Position numbers and translations under genes: made by a program
Part shown: piece after piece, positions 1 through 7,816 of the stretch
How the letters are laid out: the number at the start of each line of letters is the position of its first letter
Numbering within the stretch: position 1 is the stretch's first letter
Notes under the pieces: model-generated
Told to the model about the DNA's origin: nothing
Database searches by the model: none
The model's input: only the letters and a program-made list of their open reading frames with translations
Origin: Candidatus Nanopelagicales bacterium
GTDB lineage: Bacteria; Actinomycetota; Actinomycetes; S36-B12
Assembly: GCA_032117355.1 (NCBI GenBank)
Contig: JAULZL010000153.1
Coordinates: 1 to 42,788, forward strand
DNA length: 42,788 nucleotides
Reading direction: 5' to 3'

Positions 1-287
1 CCCCCCTTGCGTTCAAGTCGATCCACCGTCGCCACGATGGGCGCGGGATCCACGACGAGAAGGCCCGGGGCCCACGGCACGACGGGTGCCATCTTGCCCT
101 TCCGTGTGTTGCAGGCCCGGTGCGCCAAGCGCTCTGCCCCTGCTGATCCCTTCTTGCCCTTCAGGACAAGACAACTGTCGACACTCGGGCCACGATCGGC
201 ATTCACTGAGGCTTCTGGGTCGACGGGCTCATCGCAAAGCCAACAGCGCCAGGAGTCTCGGTCGCCAACCTCGTTCAGGTCGCTCAT
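1..287 (-). CDS. HNH-type endonuclease-like small protein (3' end runs off the window)
   Basis: It is missing from the ORF track because it is open-ended. My reverse-strand translation from the ATG at 287 reads MSDLNEVGDRDSWRCWLCDEPVDPEAS...ERLAHRACNTRKGK. This carries a CxxC followed by an HxxCNxxKG HNH/zinc-finger signature. An in-frame TAG four codons upstream fixes the start. Confidence 0.55.
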   Translation of the reverse strand, partial: MSDLNEVGDRDSWRCWLCDEPVDPEASVNADRGPSVDSCLVLKGKKGSAGAERLAHRACNTRKGKMAPVVPWAPGLLVVDPAPIVATVDRLERKG

Positions 288-386
288 GACCGCACGCTAC
301 GGGATGCCCATCGATGGTCAGCTGGGAACGGCTGCTGCGACTACACCGACGCGATACCCGGTAACGCACCACGTTGGCCCCGTCCC

Positions 387-1007
387 TCATCGGGCAGAGC
401 GTCGGACCCACTCGGCGAGGTCGGCCTGTTCCTGCTGGATGGCGCCAGCCACCACCCCGTCAATGTCGGCTGACGGCCTGTTCTGGCTCATTTTGACCTT
501 CGCCTCAACCCTGGTGATGAGTACCTCCACACCGACGATCGCCCGGATTTGCCCTTCGACGTACTCCCGTGGTGCATCGTCGACAGTCCAAGGATCCGCG
601 CGCCTGGATTCGTGACGGGCTGTCAGTCGGCGCACCATTGACTCAACCCACGCCGAGTCGTCATGCACGACAAGCGTTCCGTAGAGGTGCACGGCTATGT
701 AGTTCCACGTAGGGACTACGCGCCCATGCTCAGCCTTGCTTGGGTACCACGACGGTGACACGTAGCCGTCAATGATGTCAGCGATGAAGAGGGCCTCGCC
801 CTCGTCGGCGACCTGCCACTGATCATTGTTGCGAGCTAGGTGAGCAAGGACTACGCCGTGCGGGCCAGCGTCTACGTCAATGAGAACCGGCAAGAAGGTT
901 GCTAGCAGACCGCGGTCAGTAGACGTGATGAGATTTCCCGCGTCGATCCTCGACAGCAGATCTCGCTCGGTGGCCCGATCCGGTTTGAAATGCACTGGCG
1001 AATACAC
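387..1007 (-). CDS. paiB: FMN-binding negative transcriptional regulator, PaiB family
   Basis: This is the C-terminal 206 aa of track ORF 387..1493. The sequence VYSPVHFKPDRATERDLLSRIDAGNLIT...VSPSWYPSKAEHGRVVPTWNYIAVHLYG...VKMSQNRPSADIDGV matches the PaiB pattern (MYxPxHF start, PTWNY, KLSQNR). I chose the GTG at 1007 as the start. The 5' 160 codons of the long ORF are a different, decayed gene. Confidence 0.85.
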   Translation of the reverse strand: MYSPVHFKPDRATERDLLSRIDAGNLITSTDRGLLATFLPVLIDVDAGPHGVVLAHLARNNDQWQVADEGEALFIADIIDGYVSPSWYPSKAEHGRVVPTWNYIAVHLYGTLVVHDDSAWVESMVRRLTARHESRRADPWTVDDAPREYVEGQIRAIVGVEVLITRVEAKVKMSQNRPSADIDGVVAGAIQQEQADLAEWVRRSAR

Positions 1008-1099
1008 GCCCAGAGCATGCCAGGAAGCCCGCCAAAACCGGCTTACGCACATCCAGCGCGGCGGACCCGCCATGAACAATTCGCTCGAAGCAGTCGATG

Positions 1100-1355
1100 C
1101 TAGTGGGTCGTGTTTGACGTATTCCTTCGGTTGATTCTGGCCAGGACTTGTTCGGGAGTCTTGGTCCAGGTCAGCGGATGGCCGCGCTGGATGCAGCAGT
1201 TGGTAAACCCGGGGATCTTGGCGATATTGCCATTCAGGTGTTGGAGATGCAGTCGGCCGCTGACGGGAAGGCTCGTTCGCCGTGGGCTCGGCGCCACATC
1301 CGACGAGGAGGAGAAGCCTCAGGACGCTGATCGTGGCTGGGGAGGTCCGGGCCAT
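1100..1355 (-). pseudogene. small lipoprotein gene with an apparent frameshift between signal peptide and body
   Basis: The ATG at 1355 opens MARTSPATISVLRLLLLVGCGAEPTANEPSRQ, which has a lipobox (LVGC) and GC-rich third codon positions. From about 1290 downstream the GC-rich third positions move to the frame of ORF 1100..1297 (LNGNIAKIPGFTNCCIQRGHPLTWTKTPEQVLARIN). My hand count over that stretch is about 75% GC3 in the new frame versus about 51% in the signal-peptide frame. Confidence 0.4.
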
Positions 1356-1378
1356 GCTCGAACGCGCGGCAGTCCGGA

Positions 1379-1969
1379 TTATGAGGTTGGGGGACTCTTT
1401 TCGGTGCAGGGTCGGTAGCCCTGGAGCATCCCTCGACTGCCATCGGCGCTCGGATTGGCACTGGAGGAGAAGACGACCTCGAACTCCTTCCACTGGCCAT
1501 CAGCAAGGCGGATTACGTTCATCTGTACGACGCCGTTGTCCCCGGTCATCGACTCGTTGATCTGAAAGCCTTTGGAGAGGCACATCTTCTTCCCGCCACC
1601 AAGGGATTCGAACACGGTCGCCTCAGGGTTGCCGACCCAGACGTTTGAAGCCGAGAATTTCGTGGTCCAGGATGGGGTGGTCCAAATCACCTCACCGGCG
1701 ACGTCCGGGCCGAGTCCGAAGGTGCCCTCTCCGCACAATTGTGTGCCGGGAGGGAATGCACCTTCCTGGGCTGTGTCCTTCGTCGTGAACACGACGGATG
1801 CGTTGAGCGTGGTCTTGTTGACAAGGCACACGCGAGTTCCGAGGTTGCCCGCTTCACGGGAAGGCTCGGCTGCCGTCGGCTGTGATCCGCAGCCGGCGAG
1901 CATGAGCATGGCTCCGCAGGTGACGACCAGCGCCAATGCGCAGTTCGGCATTCGAATGGTTGAAGGCAT
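1379..1969 (-). CDS. secreted lipoprotein, Cys-containing, unknown family (paralog of 6235..6888)
   Basis: The internal ATG at 1969 gives MPSTIRMPNCALALVVTCGAMLMLAGCGSQPTAAEPS, with lipobox LAGC. The mature part is rich in beta-type residues and has paired Cys (VCLVNKT...QLCGEG...KKMCLSKG). Confidence 0.7.
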   Translation of the reverse strand: MPSTIRMPNCALALVVTCGAMLMLAGCGSQPTAAEPSREAGNLGTRVCLVNKTTLNASVVFTTKDTAQEGAFPPGTQLCGEGTFGLGPDVAGEVIWTTPSWTTKFSASNVWVGNPEATVFESLGGGKKMCLSKGFQINESMTGDNGVVQMNVIRLADGQWKEFEVVFSSSANPSADGSRGMLQGYRPCTEKSPPTS

Positions 1970-2070
1970 CACGGGATACTGCCACACGGCTGACCTGGGA
2001 TCACCGGCGGACCCACAGCGGATCGCACGTCCACTACGGTTTGACATAACGTGACTGAGGAGAGATTGCG

Positions 2071-2544
2071 ATGCCGCTTGCCTCGCGCCGCCCCATCGGC
2101 GCCATCTTCGTGCCAATTGCCCTGCTGATCGGGGCCTGCTCGGGGCCAGGGTTGAGTGCACCGGCATCCATCCAGGCCGAGGCCATAGACCGACAGGCAG
2201 GGGCTGTCGAACGTGACTGGTTCCGAGATCTGAACTCCGCTGAATACGACACAGTGATCAAGAATTCCAGGGGAACGTACGTCGTACTGCTGAGAAACAG
2301 CAACTGCGCGCCATGCGATCAGATGAGCCGGTCAATCCGGTCACTCGAGCCCTATGGGGGCGAGAACAGGCCGAACGTCGGCGTCGTGGACATCGAATCG
2401 AATTTTGAAATCTATCAAAAGCTGAACATCAGGAGCGTCCCCACCACCATCGTCTACCGAGACGGTTCTCAGGTGGCCCGAACCAGTGGGTCGATGGACT
2501 CGCGGAAATTCTCGGATTGGATCGAGCCGTATTGGATGGGCTAG
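2071..2544 (+). CDS. thioredoxin-fold lipoprotein with CAPC active-site motif
   Basis: The N-terminus MPLASRRPIGAIFVPIALLIGACSGP has lipobox LIGAC. The sequence YVVLLRNSNCAPCDQM...IRSVPTTIVYRDG matches the thioredoxin layout of CxxC followed by a cis-Pro (VPT). A GAGGAG Shine-Dalgarno sequence lies upstream of the ATG. Confidence 0.75.
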   Translation: MPLASRRPIGAIFVPIALLIGACSGPGLSAPASIQAEAIDRQAGAVERDWFRDLNSAEYDTVIKNSRGTYVVLLRNSNCAPCDQMSRSIRSLEPYGGENRPNVGVVDIESNFEIYQKLNIRSVPTTIVYRDGSQVARTSGSMDSRKFSDWIEPYWMG

Positions 2545-2545
2545 C

Positions 2546-3829
2546 GTGGGCGTGAATGGCGGCAGTAAACAGTCACCATCAGATCGGAACTCTTCGCTAG
2601 CCCAGACCCTGCCCCGCCTGAGGCTGCCCCGGTTCGGGGTCTTCTCGCAAATCGGCGCAGCACCTGCGTTCTATGCGCTAATGGGTGTGATGCTGCCGGT
2701 CATGGTGGCCGCCATGTTGCTCACCACCGCCCGCAATAACTTCGCTGCCATCGGTCTCGGCGGTGCGCAGGGCGTGGGCGATGTCGCGGTTGCGGCCACT
2801 GTCGGCGGTGGGATCGCTGGCGTGTTTGCCGGCTCGCTGGCCGATAAGTACGCCCCGCGCAGCATCCTGGTGATCGTCTATGCCGTGATGGGATGTTCGA
2901 CCCTCGCGCTCTGGTTCCTCATTCAGAGAGATGATCCCTCACGTGGCGCCTATCTTGCGGTCGCTTCAATTGACGGTGCGCTCGTGGCGATCAGCGTGTC
3001 GGCGCTCGCGAAGTTCCAGGCCCGTCTCGTGGGGGATGAGGCCAAGGGTGCCGCGGAGTCCGTGAACGGAATCCGATCGAGCATAGGGTCACTCATCGGG
3101 ATTGGAGTTGGCCTCTCCGTAGGTTCTGGAGCACTTTCAGTACTTCTTGCCGCCGCGCTGTTCCCGGTGGTCGCGCTGCTGATCCTCGTGGTGACCAAGC
3201 GTCCAACGGCCAGTGCCCCCTCTTCCGTCGCGAAGCGCGGCTCCGCTGGGGACTTCCTTCTGGCATTGCGACGCGAGAGGGAACTGCGAGACATCGTCAT
3301 TGCGGACGGCCTTATGTACCTTGCGCTGCCGTCCGCGCTGCTGTCGATGGGAGTCGTGGCCGAGGACATCGTTTGGCTGAACCCGACATTGGTGTCCGCT
3401 GGGATTATTGGCGTCTTCGCGGGACGGTTCCTCGTTGCCGCGCGAGGCACCCTCGGGCCAGTGCCGCGGGATCTCACATTCGCGACAGTGCTCTATGCGC
3501 TTCTAGCGCTCGGCTCGTGGTTGGCGATCCAAGGAGACTGGCTTCTGGATCAGGTCATCCTCTTGACGGCCGTAGCCACGGTGGCCAGCGCCTGCGGTTC
3601 CTTCGTGCAGGCCATGCTCGCGGCGAAGCTTCAGGAGCGCCTGCCTGACGAACTCCGGGCCCGCGGTACCGGGCTCATTTACGGCTTGAGATCTCTCCAG
3701 CTCACGATCGGAGTCACTGTTGCCACGTGGGTGGTGGCGGGTCGGTCCCTGCATGACTACCTGATCGTGGTGGGGATTGGGCTGCTGGCAGCCACAATCG
3801 GGCTGCGCGGATTCCGCCGGATCGCCTAG
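2546..3829 (+). CDS. MFS transporter
   Basis: About 12 hydrophobic segments are spread across 427 aa. I moved the start to the in-frame GTG at 2546, 1 nt after the upstream stop. The track start at 2486 would overlap the thioredoxin-like gene. Confidence 0.8.
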   Translation: MGVNGGSKQSPSDRNSSLAQTLPRLRLPRFGVFSQIGAAPAFYALMGVMLPVMVAAMLLTTARNNFAAIGLGGAQGVGDVAVAATVGGGIAGVFAGSLADKYAPRSILVIVYAVMGCSTLALWFLIQRDDPSRGAYLAVASIDGALVAISVSALAKFQARLVGDEAKGAAESVNGIRSSIGSLIGIGVGLSVGSGALSVLLAAALFPVVALLILVVTKRPTASAPSSVAKRGSAGDFLLALRRERELRDIVIADGLMYLALPSALLSMGVVAEDIVWLNPTLVSAGIIGVFAGRFLVAARGTLGPVPRDLTFATVLYALLALGSWLAIQGDWLLDQVILLTAVATVASACGSFVQAMLAAKLQERLPDELRARGTGLIYGLRSLQLTIGVTVATWVVAGRSLHDYLIVVGIGLLAATIGLRGFRRIA

Positions 3830-3882
3830 CGTCATTACACTCGGGCAACCATCGGGTGCTACACCCGGGAGATTGGAGTGTT

Positions 3883-4605
3883 GTGCGCGCGTTGGCGTTG
3901 GCCACACTGGCCGCTGTCGGAATCCTTCTCACCGGATGTGCAACGGATTCCCGTAGTGCATCACCGTACTCCCGGGCTCCGAGTTCGGAGGGCTCGGCGG
4001 CGCCGACCCTGTCTGCTGGCGCCGACGTTGAGACCGCTGCCCCGGTCGAAGCCCCCTCCTCAGCCGAGGCGCTGATGCAGACGGGCCCGGGTTCGTGCGC
4101 GCAACAAGGGCCGTGCCGCATCGGTGACATCGGACCGGGGGGTGGCGAGGTCTTCCTTGATGCCGGGCCCGGACAGGACTGGGGGCGCTATCTCGAAGTC
4201 GCCCCTCAGGGATGGAGCGGACAATCCGAGGATCCCAAGGCTCCCTGGTGTGACGAGGCAACCCAATGGGCCGTAGCAAAGGCGCCGACCAGTGACGGTT
4301 TCGGACAAGGTCTCGCAAACGCTGAGCGGCTCTTCGAGATTCAACCGTGTGCCGAAGGTACGGCCATGTACATGGCCCGTGCCTATCGCGGGGCCGGCCT
4401 CGATGACTGGTACTTGCCCTCCAGAGGTGAGTTGACCGCGCTCAATGCTGGGTGGGACTTCCTTCCGGGCTTTGACTCTTGGTACTGGAGCTCATCGCGA
4501 AGGGGCTCCACCATGGCTTGGAGCCTGTCGTTCATTGAGTTGGGCGGGGAGAAGCCGTCTGAGTTTCCCTCAATGCTCCGGGTCCGCCCGATTCGCGCCT
4601 TCTAG
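3883..4605 (+). CDS. lipoprotein with C-terminal DUF1566 (Lcl C-terminal-like) domain
   Basis: The N-terminus VRALALATLAAVGILLTGCATDS has lipobox LTGC. The C-terminus DDWYLPSRGELTAL...SWYWSSS...AWSLSF...LRVRPIRAF fits the DUF1566 pattern (W-LP-EL, YWSS, vRpVR). The start is the GTG at 3883, preceded by a GGAG motif. Confidence 0.72.
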   Translation: MRALALATLAAVGILLTGCATDSRSASPYSRAPSSEGSAAPTLSAGADVETAAPVEAPSSAEALMQTGPGSCAQQGPCRIGDIGPGGGEVFLDAGPGQDWGRYLEVAPQGWSGQSEDPKAPWCDEATQWAVAKAPTSDGFGQGLANAERLFEIQPCAEGTAMYMARAYRGAGLDDWYLPSRGELTALNAGWDFLPGFDSWYWSSSRRGSTMAWSLSFIELGGEKPSEFPSMLRVRPIRAF

Positions 4606-4676
4606 TGTGACGTTCCATCAATTCCCTGAAATGAGCGTTCTGGTGCGGATGACGGCTCATGTCCTTGATGGCTCCT

Positions 4677-4918
4677 TCACTGCAGGATGGCGCTCGGTGA
4701 GCCGCAGACGAGGTTGTTGCCACCGCGGGCAATGACCCTGCCCTTGCCCGTGAGCAGGATGACATCATCCCCAGGTGTCCCGATGATCATGCCGCGGTGT
4801 TGCACGACGGTTGCTGTCTGGCCCATGCAGGTCAATTCGTCGGCGAGTGCTGGCTGGCAAGCGTCAGGCTGGCAGCAGCAGCCGTGAGACATATGAGCGG
4901 GAGAAGGGTCTTAAGCAT
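4677..4918 (-). pseudogene. small secreted protein with GTxGDD/GGNN calcium-binding-type repeat; signal peptide is out of frame with the body
   Basis: The signal peptide MLKTLLPLICLTAAAASLTLASQ starts at 4918 and hits a stop at 4832. The body LTCMGQTATVVQHRGMIIGTPGDDVILLTGKGRVIARGGNNLVCG lies in the adjacent frame (ORF 4677..4892). The two frames overlap by about 60 nt across a CAGCAGCAG run. Confidence 0.4.
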
Positions 4919-5086
4919 CCTTGGGCTATTGCGTAGGTTCACTGCGAGCCAACTCCCGGGATGCATAACGTGCCTAGTGGCTGATGCACGGAATCCGGGG
5001 CTTTGCGCCCTTTGGCGGTCAATGGACCTCAAGCCTGATGTAAAGACAACAACACGTTGCATGCTGGCTCGGGCAAGACCGCTTGC

Positions 5087-6094
5087 CTAGTTATCGAAGT
5101 CCGGGTAATCGCCTTCGGCCGCGATTGCCCAGGTGTAGCCGGTCACCTTGGGCATCGTTGGAGTGCGCGCCGCGTCTCCTTGAACGAAGCCCGCACCCTT
5201 CAGAAGATAGGACAATCCCTCGTCCTTCGCCGCGAGTGCCCGTCCGTCGGAAACGATCCAGCCGGAGGGCAAGGCAGTCCCGGCGCGGAAGAGGCGAAGT
5301 TCACCGATCATCGGGCTGTCGGGAGCCGGCCATTTCGCAGGCGCCAGCCATGACTTGATACCGGAGCCCACCTGGTCGCCCAAGGCCACCCTGGTGAAGC
5401 CTCGCTCTGTGAAACTGGTGTCGCAAATCGAACAGTCTGATTGAATTCCCGTGAAGACGACCTGATTGGGGTAGGCGGATTCAAATCCTTCAGCGGGCCA
5501 GTTGTACTTGCTCAACATGATCTGCCAGCTCAGCGCACCAGGAACCTCCGTCGTAGGCGCAGTGAACGCAAGGGGTCCGTCTGCGGAAGGGAGGTTGAAC
5601 CAGAGTCGCGGACCGTCGGTTCGACAGCCGAAGGTGCAGGAGATCCACGGGTAGAGGGGCAGCGCACGATCGTCCTGCATGCTCAACTCCCGGCCATTCG
5701 CGAGCCGTTGCGCCGTGAGTTGACGCTTGCCGACGTGAAGGGTGAGCGTTGCCGTCTCGGGTACAGATGCCGGAGCCCTTTCATCCCAGCCCGCCATGCC
5801 CAACTTGTCGCTGGTCGCAGTGGAGATCCCACTCTCAGCGCCGGGTGATGGCGTCGCATCGATGGACTCCTCCATCGTGGCGCTCGCGGAGGCGCTTGAA
5901 CTCTCAGCGCCCGGTGATGGCGTCGCATCAATGGACTCCTCCATCGTCGCGCTTGCGGTGGCGGGCCACTGACTTGAGGCCTCGGCGGCAGCTCGCGAGG
6001 TGTTGCTGCTTCCGGCGGCTCCGCAAGCGGTGAGGAGGGCCGTCGAAACGACGACGCCAAGGATCAAAGCGAGAGGCGGTTGATTGACGCGCAT
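5087..6094 (-). CDS. lipoprotein with tandem 23-aa repeat and phage-tail-collar-like C-terminal domain
   Basis: The internal ATG at 6094 gives MRVNQPPLALILGVVVSTALLTACGAAG, with lipobox LTAC. The unit ASATMEESIDATPSPGAES occurs twice. The C-terminus MIGELRLFRAGTALPSGWIVSDGRALAAKDEGLSYLL resembles the tail-collar/MdpB motif (IGEIRxFAGxxxPxGWxxCDGxxL). Confidence 0.72.
   Translation of the reverse strand: MRVNQPPLALILGVVVSTALLTACGAAGSSNTSRAAAEASSQWPATASATMEESIDATPSPGAESSSASASATMEESIDATPSPGAESGISTATSDKLGMAGWDERAPASVPETATLTLHVGKRQLTAQRLANGRELSMQDDRALPLYPWISCTFGCRTDGPRLWFNLPSADGPLAFTAPTTEVPGALSWQIMLSKYNWPAEGFESAYPNQVVFTGIQSDCSICDTSFTERGFTRVALGDQVGSGIKSWLAPAKWPAPDSPMIGELRLFRAGTALPSGWIVSDGRALAAKDEGLSYLLKGAGFVQGDAARTPTMPKVTGYTWAIAAEGDYPDFDN
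5822..5960. repeat. 2 x 69-bp near-identical tandem repeat inside CDS 5087..6094
   Basis: The string ctctcagcgcc(c)ggtgatggcgtcgcatc(g/a)atggactcctccatcgt(g/c)gcgct occurs twice, 69 nt apart. It encodes the duplicated ASATMEESIDATPSPGAES block. Confidence 0.8.
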
Positions 6095-6234
6095 GATTGA
6101 ACTGTACGCAACAAGGTGCCCACGTGACTGAAACCCGCACAGCCCCCTTCGGCAAGTCTGAGGATGGTCCTGACGAGATGAGCCGGTTAGAGGAGTCGAT
6201 CCGGCGAGTAAGTACGCTGCGGCGACATCAGTTG

Positions 6235-6888
6235 ATGGACAGGGACGCACCCGCGACCTGGAGCGATGGTGGAAGGACGATCGTGCAAGCAGCCAGTAAG
6301 TGGGCCGGACTAGCGATGCTCGCAACAATGCCGCTGGCCGCATGCGCCGCCGAAGGCCCGGCGCGATCAGCCGCACCTGAGTCGGCTGCGGTCAGTGGTG
6401 AGGCGACGCAGCCGACGGACGGTCCTGCGGCTGAAGAAGAGCTTCTCACGGCTCAGTCGGTCAGCGGCACTCAGCCCAAGAATATTCAGGTTTGCGTGAC
6501 CAACCGATTTGACCGCGCGATCTCGATCAACAATCGCGAGGGCACGAGAACACTCGCCGTGGGCGAGGAGATATGCAGTGAGTCCGGCTACGGTGAGAAC
6601 ATCGGGTCCAGTGTCGTCGTGAGCCCCAAGCCCACATCCGAAACTCGCATCGACGTTTCTATCCGCTCAACTTGGCCGACAGCGTACCTACGTGCCTGCT
6701 GGGGCATACCCATCTGCCTTCAGAATCAGCCGACGGGATCCACCAGCCTCGAGCAGGGAGATTCCCGCTGGCTCGCTCGAGGAGACCTGCAGCTGAACAT
6801 CACGCGAACCAAAGATGAGTCCCCGCGTCGCAACGAGAATTGGCCCATCGCTCACGTGAACATCGACGTATCCGCACCCAAGAAGTAG
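6235..6888 (+). CDS. secreted lipoprotein, paralog of 1379..1969
   Basis: The signal KWAGLAMLATMPLAACAAEG has lipobox LAAC. The blocks QVCVTNRFDRAISIN / GEEICSESG / IPICLQNQ / LQLNITR...WPIAHVNIDV line up with VCLVNKTTLNASVVF / TQLCGEG / KMCLSKGFQ / VQMNVIR...WKEFEVVF in the other gene. The start could be the ATG at 6235 or the GTG at 6283. Confidence 0.65.
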   Translation: MDRDAPATWSDGGRTIVQAASKWAGLAMLATMPLAACAAEGPARSAAPESAAVSGEATQPTDGPAAEEELLTAQSVSGTQPKNIQVCVTNRFDRAISINNREGTRTLAVGEEICSESGYGENIGSSVVVSPKPTSETRIDVSIRSTWPTAYLRACWGIPICLQNQPTGSTSLEQGDSRWLARGDLQLNITRTKDESPRRNENWPIAHVNIDVSAPKK

Positions 6889-7189
6889 GGCTGGCCTTCG
6901 AGTTCCCTTCGCAATGAGACGCCGTGAGCGCTCTCTCAGGGCCGTGAACGCAAACACCTTTGCTCGCATCGCTTCGGCTCCTGAGTCACTCTCACACTCG
7001 GCCGTGGATTGCGGACGCGATACTGCTGACGTTCTTACTCCAACCACGGGCGATATCGACTCGCAGATCCACCGCGTGGGGCGCTCAGCACAGATCAAAC
7101 TCACGTGTCCCGTTCGATTGCGCCAGCGTTGACAGTCAGGCAACGGTGTGCGGGTCACTCGTCACCATCCAGGCTTGCAGATCAACATC

Positions 7190-7558
7190 TCACTGGAATG
7201 CCGTGACGGGACGGGCCCAGTGCCGTGCCTTCGGCAGGGCAAGGTGAGCGCCAAGGATCGCGGCGGATGAGAGGACTTCTCTGTGACGCACGTACGTGCT
7301 TGGCGAGGTGACCCTTTGAAGGGGCGAGGCACGCATCACGGCGTCCAACGCGGCTAAGGCTTTCGTCGTACTGGCCCATCCTGTGTTCGATCTCCGCGAT
7401 CCTGCAAGAGGGTGTTGAAGGACGAATAGAACCGTCGATTCGTGGGCCGGACGCCCAGCAACCACCACCATGGCCCCGACCGCCTGTTCCCGACTCACGC
7501 CAACGGGTGGATCGCTCAACTTCAGCAGTCTCGTCATCCCCACGACCACCGTTGTCAA
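7190..7558 (-). CDS. hypothetical protein (possibly a remnant)
   Basis: This is the only frame here with ordinary A/V/L-rich composition. I recognise no motif with confidence. Confidence 0.3.
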   Translation of the reverse strand: MTTVVVGMTRLLKLSDPPVGVSREQAVGAMVVVAGRPAHESTVLFVLQHPLAGSRRSNTGWASTTKALAALDAVMRASPLQRVTSPSTYVRHREVLSSAAILGAHLALPKARHWARPVTAFQ

Positions 7559-7567
7559 CTTGCCAGT

Positions 7568-7783
7568 TCAGTCGTCCCTTTCGATCTGGGTCAGGATCCT
7601 CAGCCCCGCTCGTGGAAGGCCCATCACTAGTTCCCTGAAAGCAGCGTTCAGAGGCGGGAGGACGCGATCGTCGCGGCGACCCTGGGCTCTCCGCCGGAGG
7701 AAGCCACCCGCGGGTGCATGCGCGAGAGCAACACCACCCTGCTCGCCGCTCTCGAGCGGAACCCCCGATGAGATCCTCGCCAA
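7568..7783 (-). CDS. hypothetical small protein (possibly a remnant of an antitoxin-like gene)
   Basis: Its composition is plausible, while the opposite-strand ORF 7470..7820 is R/S/P-rich like a shadow frame. The C-terminus GFLRRR...LNAAFRELVMG...GLRILTQIERD is only loosely DUF2384-like. Confidence 0.25.
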   Translation of the reverse strand: MARISSGVPLESGEQGGVALAHAPAGGFLRRRAQGRRDDRVLPPLNAAFRELVMGLPRAGLRILTQIERDD

Positions 7784-7816
7784 GGCGACCCGTGAAGGAA
7801 CTTCAGACGCCCGAAG

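Noticed and set aside
1-287. The HNH-like protein has VDS where HNH nucleases usually have a (D/H)H dyad, hinting at an inactive nuclease
   Set aside because: The gene is truncated by the window edge and I cannot align it rigorously by eye. Small HNH variants of this kind are common in Actinobacteria.
7-615. A 202-aa plus-strand ORF at the window start, and similar long ORFs at 15894..16739(+), 28344..29093(-), 34417..35481(-), 31863..32606(+) and 11359..12051(+)
   Set aside because: Their composition is extremely R/P/S/G-rich. Each lies antisense to, or out of frame with, a gene that has clear family motifs. These are typical shadow ORFs of high-GC DNA.
387-1493. A 368-aa ORF suggesting a large fusion protein ending in a PaiB domain
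   Set aside because: Only the last 206 aa are PaiB-like, and PaiB proteins start at the MYxPxHF-equivalent (the GTG at 1007). The upstream part is an R/Q/P/S-rich read-through of a decayed lipoprotein gene with low GC3 in that frame.
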